Part shown: positions 48,201-60,425 of the stretch, piece by piece
How positions within the stretch are numbered: the stretch's first letter is position 1
Layout: every line of letters begins with the position of its first letter
Assembly (NCBI GenBank): GCA_043228905.1
Contig: JBHGNT010000002.1
Location: 14,198,001 to 14,262,000 of the forward strand
Origin: Azolla caroliniana
Lineage: Eukaryota; Plantae; Polypodiophyta
Direction: 5' to 3'
DNA: 64,000 bases
The notes under the pieces: generated by a model
Seen by the model: the letters and a program-made list of their open reading frames with translations, nothing else
Databases searched by the model: none
Told to the model about the DNA's origin: nothing
Translations under genes and position numbers: made by a program

Positions 48201-51200
48201 ATGCTATATACACAAGATGATCTCAGTTGAGGTCACGGTCATGGTTGTGGAAATCGGGGGAGGAATGGTCGAGGAAGAGGTGGACGAGGTTCACAACAGT
48301 TTAATTCCAGGCAGCAAGGTCAAAACAGCCGAGGGAATTCCAGCAAAAAGGGGAGCTTCCACCAGCCTGCATCAACCAGGCAGAATCAGCAAACCAAGTG
48401 CGGGTATTGTGTAAGCCTGGCCACTTTGAAGCCGAGTGTCGGAAGAAGAAGAATGACTCGGCTGCCTCACCCCGGCAGCAAACAAACTATGTTGTGATGG
48501 CTGACCTAGAAAACAAAGGGACGATGTTTGTTATGTGACACTGGGCGAATAACATGATAACAAGCGTTTCCCAACCTGATGATGTCTGGTTCGTGGACTT
48601 GGATGCCTCAAATCACATGACAAGTCATCAAGAATGGTTCATGAATTCCGATAGACCTGGCTTGGTGGACACCGGTGATGACTCCACACACACGATTGAG
48701 CACATTGGAGATGTGGCCCTTAACAATCACGACAACAAGGGCTACATGAAGGATGTATTGCATGGCCCGACAATCACAAAGAATTTGGTCTCGGTTGGCC
48801 AAATTGTCGAGCAAGGAATGCAAGTACGATTCAACCAAGAGGTTGCTTCATCGAGGATAAGGGCCAACTTATCACTCATGCAAGAAGAGAAGGTCGCATG
48901 TTTATTCTTGATGCAACTGGGGTGAACACAACAATGTATACAAAGGGACTCAAGGCTGAGTCTGATATTGAGTTGTGGCACAAAAGGGTTGGCCATCTAA
49001 ACCTCGGTAAACTCCGATCAATGCAAATAGAAGGGGCTGTGCACGGATTGCCACGATTTACTTTGAAACATCCTGATAATGTATGAGAGGTGTGCCAGCT
49101 AGGCAAGCAACATAGGCATCCATTCCTAAGCAAAAGAAATGTGAGTAAAGGCATGCTGAACGTCATCCATTCAGATGTATGTGGCATACGTGGATATGCC
49201 CGATGAAGTTGAAAAGTGAGGTCTTCTCCGACTTTCTCAAGTTAAAGAATCGCGTGTAAAATGAGACAAATCGCAAGATTAGATGCTTATGGTCTGATGG
49301 TGGCCAAGAATACTTCTCAACCGAGTTCAAGGACTTTCTAGAAGAGAAGGGGATTCGTTGGGAATTCTCTTGCCGGTACACACCACAACAAAACGGTGTT
49401 GCTGAGCGAAAGAATTGCACAATTCTTGTTCGCGGCATACGTGGATATGCCCGATGAAGTCGAAAAGTGAGGTCTTCTCTGACTTTCTCAAGTTAAAGAA
49501 TCGCGTGGAAAATGAGACGAATCGCAAGATTCAATGCTTACGGTGTGATGGTGGCCAAGAATACTTCTCAACCGAGTTCAAGGCCTTTCTAGAAGAGAAG
49601 GGGATTCGCTGGGAATTCTCTTGCCCGTACACACCACAACAAAACGGTGTTGCTGAGCGGAAGAATCGCACAATTCTTGAGATGGCCCGCGCCATGCTGC
49701 AAGAGAAGAACATGCCCAAGATCTATTGGGCAGAGGCAGCAGTTATGGCTGTGTATCTCATCAATAGGTGCACGACCGAGGGTGTCCATGACATCACCCC
49801 TCACGAGAAGTATTTTGGGACAAAGCCAGACCTTTCGCACTTGAAGGTTTTTGGCAGCATTGCATATGTGCATGTACCCGATGAGAAACGGAGAAAGCTT
49901 GACCCAAAATCGGAGAAGATGATCCTCATCGGTTACTTGAGCAAAAGGGTTATAAGTGTTTTAACCCCATCACTTGACAATCACTAGTAAGCGGAGATGG
50001 CATCATGGTATGGCCCAACATCAGTGACCTCTGACGAGTTCAAAACAAGCAGATCTGGAGCAGATTCTGAGAGTGAAGAAGAAGAGATGTTGAGGTGGAG
50101 AACCAGTAGAGAGTCTGCCCGCACTCCAGCTGACTGGACCTGAGGTGTCGTTCAGCAATCAGAGGCTTGCATGGCACGAAGAAACCTCTGATGTGGTGTC
50201 ACCTTGGTGCTACACCTGCAGAAAGAAAAAAAAGAGGCCAAGAGCACGACATCCGTTGAAGACTTAGATCAATCACCCCAATCAGTTGACAGCAAATATG
50301 AAATAAAGAAGGCCCCGGACGTGACCAAAGGAAAAATTCGTCAAGTGAACCGACAAAAGAACCCGATAGTAAGGTTTAGGTACAATGAGTACATGGCACA
50401 CCACTATGCATTCATGTGAAGGTCGCAGTAGACCAAGAACCTGAGACTTACAAAGAAGCTGCCCAAGATCCCCGGTGGATCTAGGCAATGAGAGAGGAGA
50501 TGCACACGTTGTTTGACAACGATACTTGGGATTTAGTCCCATCCTCTGAAATCAAGAAAAAGCTAATTGGTTACCATGAAAAAGCTAATACGGATGGCAC
50601 GGTCAATCGGTTCAAGGCTCGGTTAGGCGCCAAAGGGTATGCTCAAACCTATGGCATAGACTATGAGGAAACATTTGCCCCGGTGGCAAAAATGACCACC
50701 GTGAGGACGGTAATTGCACTCGCAGCAGCGAAAGGGTGGCACTTGCATCAAATGGATGTGAAGAACGCATTCCTCCAAGGTGAGCTCGAGGAGGAAGTTT
50801 ACATGATGCAACCACCTGGTTTCAAATCAAACAAAAATCCACCTGCAGTTTGCCGATTCAAGAAGCCGCTCTATGGACTGCAGTAAGCCCCAAGAGCATG
50901 GCATTCAAAGATCACATCATATCTTCATGACATTGGCTTCCAGATGTCAAAATCTTATAACTCGTTGTATATCCGGAACAATCCCAAAAGCCCCGTCTTC
51001 TTAATCTTGTATGTCGATGACCTTGTCATCGGTGGAGAAAGCCTCAACGAGACACAAAAGATTAAAAAGCTGCTTTTAGAGAAGTTCGAGATGAAGGATC
51101 TGAATGACTTACATTATTTCCTTGGCATCGAGGTCATTCAAACTCCAGAAGGGTTCCTAGTCGCGCAATGACACTATGCGTTGAACTTGCTCTACAAGTT

Positions 51201-54200
51201 CAGAATGACCGAGTGTAAGTCCATCTTGACACCCCTTGACTGAAATATGAAGATAACTGTAGATTCTGGCAAATTTTGTGAGCCAATACAGTATCGCCAA
51301 ATAATCGGGAGTCTTATCTACTTACCTATCACCTGACTAGACCTCAGCTATCCGGTCGGGCTTCTTAGCCAGTTCACGCAAACCCCCCGAGACACTCACA
51401 TGGATTGTGCTAAGCGAGTGTTATGTTATGTTAGTGGAACACCTGATTATGGTATCTTCTATAAGCGTGGAGTACCACTTCAACTCGAAGGCTTCACGGA
51501 TGCTGATTGGGCAGGCAATGCATCTGATAGGAGATCCACTTCGGGATTTATGTTTTCACTTGATAGTGGGGTGACCTCCTGGAGTAGCAAGAAACAACAA
51601 ACAGTCGCTCTATCGAGCACCGAGGCGGAGTATAGGGCCACAGCTGTAGCTGCTTGCAAAGTTGTATGGCTTAAAAGACTGTTGAAAGACTTCAACGAAT
51701 TGGTGAACAAGCCAATACCGATCCACTGCGATAATCTCAGCAGCATCTAGCTCGCAAAGAATCCGGTGTTTCACGCCCGGACTAAGCACATCAAGGTGCA
51801 CTATCATTACATCCGCGAACGCATATTGGCCAGCGACACTGACCTCTAATACGTTGGCACCAACGGGCAGGTGGCGGATATTTTCATTAAGGTGCTAGGT
51901 CTCGACAAGCTACAACAATTCTCAGTGGATCTAGGCCTTAGATTATTTGATATCCTGAGCTTGGGGGGAAGTACAAGTACAAAGACGAAGGAAAACATGG
52001 AAAAGCAGCACCATAAAAGAGGAAGAGTGAGACCAACATTGGCAAAGTAAGGCCGACACATCTAATCCGACTTGACCCGGCAAGTTAGAGGAAGACTTTT
52101 CAAAGCCCAAAATTTTTGAAGTTAGAGATAAACTTTAACTTGACACCCTTGACAAGCTCGAAATTTTGGATTGGCAAGATCAACCTTGCTAGATCAAGAT
52201 TGAGTACATAGGAACAATGGGAAAACCATGATCTAGTAGTCCGACCAACTGCCCGGGTCTTCAACTACACCAAGACAACCAAGCTTAAGAGGACACACAA
52301 TTGACCTTGAGGATGAGGTTGAGAACCAAGCTCAACTTGTGTGAACATTGCTTATGAAGAAAAGGACGATGTGTGAAAAAGTGTGTGAGCACACTTTATT
52401 GTAATCCGATTTGTGAGCACACTTAATGTGGTCAAAGAATATTAGATATTCTTATGACAAAATCGTAGACAAGTGGATATCTTGGTTAGATTCCACCAAC
52501 ACATTTAATATGGCAGTCCCTTGAGGACTTGTATATAAAACCCCCTTTGCCCATTCTGTTTTGTTGGTGATCTTTAGTTAATTAATATAGCCTCTTCAGT
52601 GCATAAGCTGTCATTCCCCAACTGTGTGTTTTCTATTTTCTGGTTATTCTCTCTAATTCCTTCTCTTGCTTATACACTCACTCTCACACACACACTACGC
52701 TTCTGAATACTCAACTCTACTAGAGTTAGATTCTTTACATTTAATGAGGCAAGTTTGCTAAAAAATGATTGTGCCTATAAGTGTGATCATAAAAGAGTCA
52801 AATTTCAGCATGTACAGCCACAAGTTAAATCTGATATGAACCCTCGGGATACACCATGTTTGACTGGAAAGAAAAATGACACTCCTGATGGGCATATGCA
52901 GCCACCTATTCATGCTGAAAAAGGTTGGAAATGATGTACAACAACCTATTAACAATGAAGATGTAAATGTACCTCCTAATGTAGATCTATAGCCGATTGG
53001 AGGAGCTCACCTATGAAGTGAGATCCAAAAGTTCTTGACTTATGTTTGCTATGACCCATTTAGGGTTGGCCAAGTTCACCCTGAACTTGGCCCAAAACTG
53101 ACGAAAAAATGATAAGTGACTTTTAGCTCTTATAAATAGGCCTATACATATGTACACATTATAAGGGGTCATTAGGGCCTTTACCCCAATAGTAAGAAGA
53201 CCTACATGTCTTAGGAGGCAAGTCAATAGATATGAGCCCTCTACACATTACATTATGTTATCAGATGATGGTGAGTCTCTTACTTATCAAGAGGGAAAAC
53301 TATGTGAGCACAAGGAGTTAGCCATGCAAGAAGAGATAAAAGCCTTCCATGCAAATGATACTTGGGGATTTGGTTGAGTAGCCCAAAGGTAGGAAGGCCA
53401 TTCCAAACAAGTGGGTAAACAAAATCAAAACTGTTGATGGCAAACCCAAGTATAAGGAAAGGCTAGTTGCTAAGGGATATGCCCACAAAGAGGGCATTGA
53501 TTTTCAAGAGGTTTTCTCCGGTGGTTAAGATGACCATACTACGTGTCTTGTTTGCTCTCACAGCTGCCTTGGATTTGGAGTTATTCCAAATGGATGTTAA
53601 AACAACCTTTTTGCATGGTGATTTAGACAAACAGCTGTACATGAACCAGCCATAAGGATACGTCATTCCTAGAAAAGAGAATCTGGTGTTCAAAATGGAA
53701 AGGAGCTTATATGGGCTGAAACAGGCCTCTAAGAAATGGTATAAGAAGTTTGATGCATTTTTCAAAAGAAGCCATGCAGACCACTGTTTGACACTAAAAA
53801 GGATGAAGATGGCAGCCCAATTTTTTTCGTAATATATGTAGATGATATGCTGCAGGCAGGGAAGAAAAAGAGTACTCTGAATGCTCTAAAACCGCAGCTG
53901 AACTCTGCATTCTCAATGAAAACCCTGGGGGAAGCTGAGTATATTCTTGGTATGTGAATAAAAAGGGATAGGCAGCAGTATACGCATTTATCCCAAGAAA
54001 AATACATTGAAAAAGTGCTGGACAGATTTAATGTGGCTGATGCTAAGCCTCTTGGACTGCCATTGCAGCCACATGTTAAGCTTTCAAAGGATGATAGTCC
54101 CAAAGATGATGATGAAGCCAATTACATGAAGAATGGTCCGCATGCATCAGCTTGTGGTTCACTTATGTATGCTATGGTTGCCACTTGGCCAGACATTGCT

Positions 54201-57200
54201 CATGGAGTCAGAATTGTTAGCAGTTTCATGGCTAATCCTAGTAGAGCTCATTGGGAGGCAATCAAGTTTATATCTTGAGATATTTGAAAGGGACCAAAGG
54301 TAAATGCCTATGTTATGGAAAGGGTCCATTAGAGTTAAAAAAGTTTTCTGATTCAGACATGGCAAGTGATTTAGATACGCACAAGTCCACAAGTAGCTAT
54401 GTATACACCCTTGTAGGCGGAGCTATTTCATGGTGATCTAGACTTCAGAGGATAGTTGCACTATCCACTACAGAGCCTGAATATATTTCAGTGACAGAGG
54501 CTTCCAAAGAAGCCATTTGGTTAGCCCCCCAGTGCAATGAATTTGGGATTTGTGAAAAGGCAGCTGTTCTTGGATGTGATAGCCAAAGTGCCATATGTTT
54601 GGCAAAAAATGCAATGTTTCATGCTCGCACAAAACATATTGATGTGAGATACCACTTCATCAGAAAGGTGCTAGAGGATTGCCTAATCACTTTGATCCAA
54701 ATCAATAGTTCATAGAATCCTGTAGATGCTCCCACAAAGTGTCTACCCAAGGCACAACATCAGCTATGTATACAGATGGTGGGAGCTACTTAGCTTATAG
54801 GAGCCTCCTTGGTCCTTTAAGTGGGATGCTATTATGTTTATGTGTGGATAAATAAAACATTTCTGACCCTCTTTTCTAATCATTTAGGTTGCTTTTCTAA
54901 AAACTTGGTGTCTAGGATAAATAAGTATCTTTGTGATTTATACCAAGCTCTTCAATTAATGATATAATTGAATGTCCTCCATAAATAGAAGTTCTGATGT
55001 CAATTGTTATGTTGTAATTCTGCAGGGGCCGCAGGTCAAGTTATAGACCTAGTTCAAAAAAAGTTTGATATAACTGGAATGGAGCTCGTCACATTTAGTC
55101 AACCAAATGCAGCCGATTTCTATGAGATATACAAGGGCGTCCTTCAAGATTTTCATGTAATCTCTTGACCAAAAAGATTTAGAATAGTAATTTTATAAGA
55201 ATGTCAAAGACTTTTACTATCCAAGAATGCTTATCTTTGTCTGTTCATTCCTTCAAACAAATGTCAGGTCCGTTTTCCTATTTGGAACTACAACTATATG
55301 ATATCAATGTGATACGTAATGTCTTTATGGCCAATTCAACCCTCTTTATTCAAAGTGTTCCCAATGTATCGTTTGTGCTAATTCAAGTGATGCATCCTAA
55401 CAAACGTTACTTTTTACTTGCACTCATGTGGATTCCAAGACCAAGGATGTCACCAGCCATCGTTGTCATAACCAGATTTCCTAATGGCTTGTAGGATATT
55501 ATTTCTAGTGAAGATGCCATGCAGCCATTTGCAATCTATGTGATTCTCTCACCCTTGTTATTGATAAATCCAGGACATTATAATTTGACACCAATTAAAC
55601 TTCCCTCACTTCCGAGATCTCTCCATCTTAAATCCAGGACATTATAATTTGACACCAACTACACTTCCCTCACTTCCAAGATCTCTCCATCACTTGGATC
55701 AACCGATGATAGAGATCTTTCTAAGGCAGAAGTTGCAGTCCCTGTTTTATTTTCCAAAACAAGATACTACATTAGGATTAAGAAATTCCCGAAGGCTGTA
55801 CATGAAATACGTACATACAGGTAATTACCCCATTTTTTATGTCAGATGTTACAAGGATATCCAGCACCTTATAGGTAATTCCCGAAGGCTGTACATGAAA
55901 TACGTACATACAGGTAATTTCGCCCGTTTTTTATTTCAGATGTTACGAGGATATCCAGCACCTTACCCAGATTTACCATTTTAGTTATAGTTTGCTTTAT
56001 TGTTCTCAAAGATGAGAGAACATTTTACGATGTACTACTAATTGGTCTCATATGCCATTTTGACCTCTTAAATGACTATATATGTACGTGTATAACTTTC
56101 TTTCTTTTTCATACAGGAATACTAGAAGTTCTTATTCTAATCTTTGAATATCAGTGTATGTACCCCACTGGACAATATAAAGTAGGCTCCTAATGTGCTG
56201 ATGATATAGAAATGAAGACCTTCAAGTATAGTTCTTGTAACATTGATTTGCTACTTTATAAGTAGAGGATGTATCCACTTCTCTCCATAATACAGGGATG
56301 CAGATCCTAATTCTGTGCTGTAAACATATGAAAAACCTAAGAATGTATGGAGCAACTAATTCTGGAATCCACCAACTTATGATCTTTGACCTTAGTGAAA
56401 GAACATTCATTGTTTCGGGATATCTTTCATATTATCCATAGAACTTAAACTATGACGCATGTGAAAAAGAGTGTTGTTGGTTGACATTGGTTTTTTACAT
56501 GAGGTTTCATATTGTGGTATACACAAGAATGGGAGCCACTTCTGTCTTTTTTGGTGGGCAGATGCTCCACTTATATAGAGAGGCCCAAATGGGCTATTAC
56601 ACATGCGCTCATGGCACTTGACTGTTGCACATGGCGACTCACGGGGGCCATGTGAAAAAGAGAGTCGTTGGTTGACATCAGTTTTTATGAGGTTTTATTA
56701 AAGTGTTAGAAAGGAAAAGAGATCCGAGTATTTGTTGAAATCACAGTTTCATTCATCTAGAAATGATTGACCATATTCCTAATGTAATTTAGACTTCATA
56801 AACAGCAGTGTTGAAGATGCATTAGCCTTACACTTTTTCTTTATCTGATCAATTCGTTAATCAAGTGTTAACTGGAGTCATTCTAATTGAATTAAAACAG
56901 GCAATGGTGCATGAGCTGGCAGCATCCCCCTTCATCGCATTGGAGATAAGCAATAAAGGTGGACAAGGAAACCCTGTTTCTGCTTTCCGAGAATTTTGTG
57001 GGCCACCAGATTCTGAGGCTTGCCGCATTGTCCGTCCAAACACTCTTCGGGCAAAATTTGGCATCAACAAGGTGTGACCATTGTTATATCTATATAGATA
57101 ATATGTATATATGCACGCATCCATGCAGCAGGTATCCAGGAGCATATGTATGCCCTCTCATTTAAATGATCCTAGTCTGAATGCATATACATTAATCTTG

Positions 57201-57651
57201 GTGGGTTTTCACTTTGCATTGAGGTCTCCCGTTTGTAATATGAATACTCATAAGAGACTAATTATGGTCTATATGGGACAAGGCCATGCTTATGACCAAA
57301 ATTGATCTTCGATTCTCTCAATTTAATAACTCAGGCATTATGGTATAATTTACTACATTACAAAAAAAAGAAAGCATGTATTTATACATGCATAATATAT
57401 GTATATGCGGGCATGCATGCATGCACGTTTGGGTGCATGTTTGTACATGTGTTTGTGTGTTGCAAATGTGTGTATTTGATTTGAATGAATAAAGACATTT
57501 CTCACATGATTTCAGCAACATACAGGTCAAAAATGGAGTTCATTGCACAGACTTGCCTGAGGATGGAGTCTTAGAATGCAAGTTCATTTTTAAACATTCT
57601 TTTAATCCATTTCAAGAGGCAATGGAACACAAGAATCATAATTTAAGGTGA
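42079..57651 (+). CDS. NME7: Nucleoside diphosphate kinase 7 (NME7/NDK7, FAP67-like): DM10 domain + two NDK domains, 9 coding exons, 394 aa
   Basis: join(42079-42201,42288-42454,43010-43171,43369-43457,43808-43926,44224-44320,55026-55156,56901-57071,57526-57651) = 1185 nt. All introns are GT-AG and phases are consistent. Motifs: [26 protein letters not shown] (DM10), [67 protein letters not shown]. Confidence 0.95.
42288..42454 (+). CDS. NME7: NME7 coding exon 2 (DM10 C-terminal part)
   Basis: Acceptor TGCAG; [12 protein letters not shown]...[24 protein letters not shown]...RQE; donor GTATGA. Confidence 0.93.
43010..43171 (+). CDS. NME7: NME7 coding exon 3 (NDK domain A start)
   Basis: Acceptor AACAG; [18 protein letters not shown]...[11 protein letters not shown]; donor GTATTT. 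Confidence 0.93.
43369..43457 (+). CDS. NME7: NME7 coding exon 4
   Basis: Acceptor TGCAG; [29 protein letters not shown]; donor GTAAGA. Confidence 0.93.
43808..43926 (+). CDS. NME7: NME7 coding exon 5 (NDK-A active-site His)
   Basis: Acceptor AATAG; [39 protein letters not shown]; donor GTACCC. Confidence 0.93.
44224..44320 (+). CDS. NME7: NME7 coding exon 6 (linker and NDK domain B start)
   Basis: Acceptor TGCAG; [32 protein letters not shown]; donor GTACGC. Confidence 0.92.
47017..52739 (+). mobile_element. Element K: degenerate Ty1/copia related to C (5' LTR 47017-47437; 3' LTR ~52317-52739) nested in the integrase of M
   Basis: Paired LTRs, degenerate PBS TGCTATTAGAGC abutting the LTR, and coding remnants 47611-51970 ([40 protein letters not shown]). 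Flanks AGATA/TTTAA do not form a TSD. Confidence 0.9.
49183..49679. repeat. Tandem duplication (251-bp period) within the integrase of K
   Basis: GGCATACGTGGATATGCCCGATGAAG...CACAATTCTTG at 49183-49428 and 49434-49679. Confidence 0.92.
55026..55156 (+). CDS. NME7: NME7 coding exon 7
   Basis: Acceptor TGCAG; [43 protein letters not shown]; donor GTAATC. Phase 1 matches exon 6. Confidence 0.92.
55566..55964. repeat. Two short tandem duplications in NME7 intron 7 (~64-bp unit at 55566-55691; ~93-bp unit at 55784-55964)
   Basis: AAATCCAGGACATTATAATTTGACACCA... occurs twice, and AATTCCCGAAGGCTGTACATGAAATACGTACATACAGGTAATT... occurs twice. Confidence 0.85.
56901..57071 (+). CDS. NME7: NME7 coding exon 8
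   Basis: Acceptor AACAG; [16 protein letters not shown]...[29 protein letters not shown]; donor GTGTGA. Confidence 0.93.
57526..57651 (+). CDS. NME7: NME7 coding exon 9 (NDK-B His motif and stop)
   Basis: Acceptor TACAG; [24 protein letters not shown]...LR, with TGA at 57649-57651. Confidence 0.92.
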   Translation, partial: VKNGVHCTDLPEDGVLECKFIFKHSFNPFQEAMEHKNHNLR

Positions 57652-58197
57652 AATCCATAAATTTTGACGGAGATATGTAGTATCTAATTTGAGCAGGAGG
57701 TTTGGGTAAAGAAAAACAAATCCAATGTGTGGCTCAGACTGGACACCCATAAAATTTTGTACTTAAAATTGAATGGCATCAACTACAACTACAACTACCG
57801 GTGCTACTAATTCAACTCTATTGAAAGTAACGCTTTCAAAAACTTTGTTTGTCACTATGGATGTCGAACATAAGGTTGTGCACAATGATACACCAAATTT
57901 ATGTGTCATTTGTACACATTTATATTATACATATTTCATGACATGGATCTTTCCCTTTCATTCTTTGTATTAGGCTTTGTATCCTACTAGCACACCATGA
58001 TTTTTACTATATCATTCTTGGGATTGCATGACTTAATAACCATTTTTTACTAATTTGTCTATGGTCATTGCTGAGTGCCTATCTTCTATCTTCTACTTTT
58101 GGGTAAACAATATATTCTAATTACAAATGAAAAGTCATGGTTATGGGTCATATAGGCAATTGAAATCATAGTGATATAATCAAGGAATTTGTTTTGG

Positions 58198-58518
58198 TAG
58201 AATAGCCCAAAACTCAGCCTCTTCCTTTTTACGATGGCAAGTACCTTACCTTAGTGGTAAGGTTCTTAGACTGTTAGCATTATCAAGTCTTGTGATTAAA
58301 CCCAAAATTTTGACCTCTATATTAATCCACACCTCTCTTCAATTTACTAATTTGTCTTGATAGAATAGTCCAAAACACAGCCTCTTCCTTTTTCTGATGA
58401 TGGCAAGTACCTTACCTTAGTGGTAAGGTTCTTACACTATTAGCACTATCAAGTCTTGTGATTGAAACCCAAAATTTTGACCTCTATATTAATCCACACA
58501 TCTCTTTCAATTTACTAG
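58198..58518. repeat. Tandem duplication (~160-bp unit)
   Basis: TAGAATAG.CCAAAAC.CAGCCTCTTCC...ACCTTACCTTAGTGGTAAGGTTCTTA...TTCAATTTACTA at 58198-58349 and 58361-58518. Confidence 0.88.
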
Positions 58519-58519
58519 A

Positions 58520-58799
58520 TGCCACTGTGGAATGTAGAGGTTGAACCCATGACCTTCTAGTCTCCATTGGGCAACCTTACCAATTGATCTACATCCATTT
58601 GGGCAAATCTCTGTCTCTCATCATAATTAGCTTATTAGTTGTTACAGTACAAGCATTGCAGCTCGGGTTTGAAACCTCTCACCTCTCTATTACTTCCTAC
58701 ATATCTCTTAATTCACTAGATACCATTGTGGAATGTAGGGGTTGAACCCATGATTTCCTAGTCCCCATTGGGCAACCTTACTAGCTAAGCTACATCCAT
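58520..58799 (-). mobile_element. Two tRNA-like (SINE-head-like) copies at ~58520-58598 and ~58722-58799
   Basis: Minus strand GGATGTAGATCAATTGGTAAGG...GGGTTCAACCTCTACATTCCA and GGATGTAGCTTAGCTAGTAAGG...GGGTTCAACCCCTACATTCCA have A-box and B-box-like motifs at tRNA spacing, but no convincing anticodon arm. Confidence 0.55.
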
Positions 58800-59021
58800 C
58801 TGTGTGTGTGTGTATATGTTTGCGCCGAGAAGATACAAGTAACTCTGTTTTCAAATAATTATAATGCTCTCTACTAGATGATGGTTTTCTTACATATAAC
58901 ACAAGTGCTTCTTGCAATGAGATAACCAAGTGTTGAACACATGAAGATGCAAGAATCTTAAGTGAAATATATCTGTTTAGTAATTGCCATCATGAAGCAT
59001 TAATCGTTGTCCTCCCAAGTG

Positions 59022-59360
59022 TTAAATCCTTATTCTTAATAAAATATTGAACGAAAGATATATGTGGTTGTGGGTTTGAACACTTCTCTTGCAATGAAAA
59101 TCTACGAGCCATGATATGCATGGATAAGTCCAATATTCCAGCTCTCCCAAGCGCTTAGGGGTTGCTAGATTATTCCATGCAACCCATGTAATTCTCATCT
59201 TATCCGTCTTCATCCACAAAAAGTTTGAAGAGGTTGCAAAACATAATGCAAAGCCTTCTTTGTCCATGGCAACAATGGCAAGTAATATAATATCATGAGT
59301 TCCATAATATATTGTACAACCTTGAATCTTACATGAAATGGCCAAGATTTTGACTTCCAA
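59022..59360 (-). pseudogene. Degenerate L1-type LINE ORF2 remnant (region C-terminal to RT)
   Basis: NFLW...ITWVAWNNLATPKRLGEL resembles the plant L1 FLW...VAW...PK..GGLG motif. Confidence 0.6.
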
Positions 59361-60425
59361 TACATGAACTTATCCCTAAGTAAAAACACACAATTATATT
59401 AATAAATGTGTGTGACTTTCATTATGAGAAAAAAAACACTATCATGACTAACTACAAAGTATAGAACCCTTCTAGGGAGCTAAATACTACTACGACTACA
59501 AACTCAATGCCACCCTACACACCAAATTCAAATGGCAAATATGATGATATGTCACCTTGCAGAGGTCTCTCTCTTTGTGGTTGAGATTTCATGACTTCTT
59601 TTGCACTGTCAATTGCCACAAAATAAATCCTTTTAACTTTACAACATATTTTCTCACCCCAACTTGTGAATCAAAAGTGAAGGCATTCCACATATTCCAA
59701 TTGAACCATAGCCCCCAATACCCCACGAACTCAAAAATAATTTGAAAATGACGCATCAGTTCTCTCTCTCTCACACAAATTGGAATTGTTCTCAAAAAAC
59801 AAGATATTCCCAAAGTATATCTTTAAGATACCTAGCCTACTTTCTTGTTTTATATTGTGCAAGCTTTGCTAAATTCTTTATAATTATTATTTTTACTTCC
59901 TCCACTACACCATTTGATGAGAATACTACGTTGAAGAAAATCTATGCTTAGTCTTTAACTTTCTAAGTAAAGATGTTAACACCTCACTTTCATCTCAAGG
60001 ATGTTAATCAACAGAGTTCTACCTCCACATCAATGCCAGGAGCCAAAGGTTTCAAACTATCATATACCCTATTGATATTGAGCCAAGAAAGAGTGGTTAT
60101 CAATCACTCTTAAGCCTCTAGTTTAGCAACCATATCCTTAATCCTTAATCATGCTACTCACTTAAGTCAAAGATTAGGAAAGGGGGAGGAGAGAACTCAT
60201 CCTCAAGTTATAGGAGCAAAAACTCAAGAAGGAAGAAAGATACAAAAGTCACCAAAAGTAACTTTTATAACTTTTTACAATTATTTTTTGACCTCTTTTG
60301 CATTATGTTGACCATTTGGCCCAAAGATTTGAAGGGAGTTATGTTTTATCCCATTTTTTCTACTCTTTCTTATTGTGTTTTCCCTCCTCATGGGAGAAGT
60401 CCAAATAATGTTTGGGCATGACTAG

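Larger units (their letters stand above)
44671..54829 (+). mobile_element. Element M: old Ty1/copia in NME7 intron 6 with 5' LTR (44671-44981) but no 3' LTR; host of K
   Basis: TG..CA LTR and PBS TGGTATCAAAGC at 44984-44995. Degenerate gag ([13 protein letters not shown]), protease ([12 protein letters not shown]), integrase, RT ([12 protein letters not shown]) and RNase H (CDSQSAI). Ends at PPT-like AAGTGGGA and is flanked by a 50-bp direct repeat. Confidence 0.88.

Noticed and set aside
58722-58799. Functional tRNA gene
   Set aside because: Anticodon arm and D-arm pairing are not convincing and the two copies differ at key positions. Treated as SINE-like.
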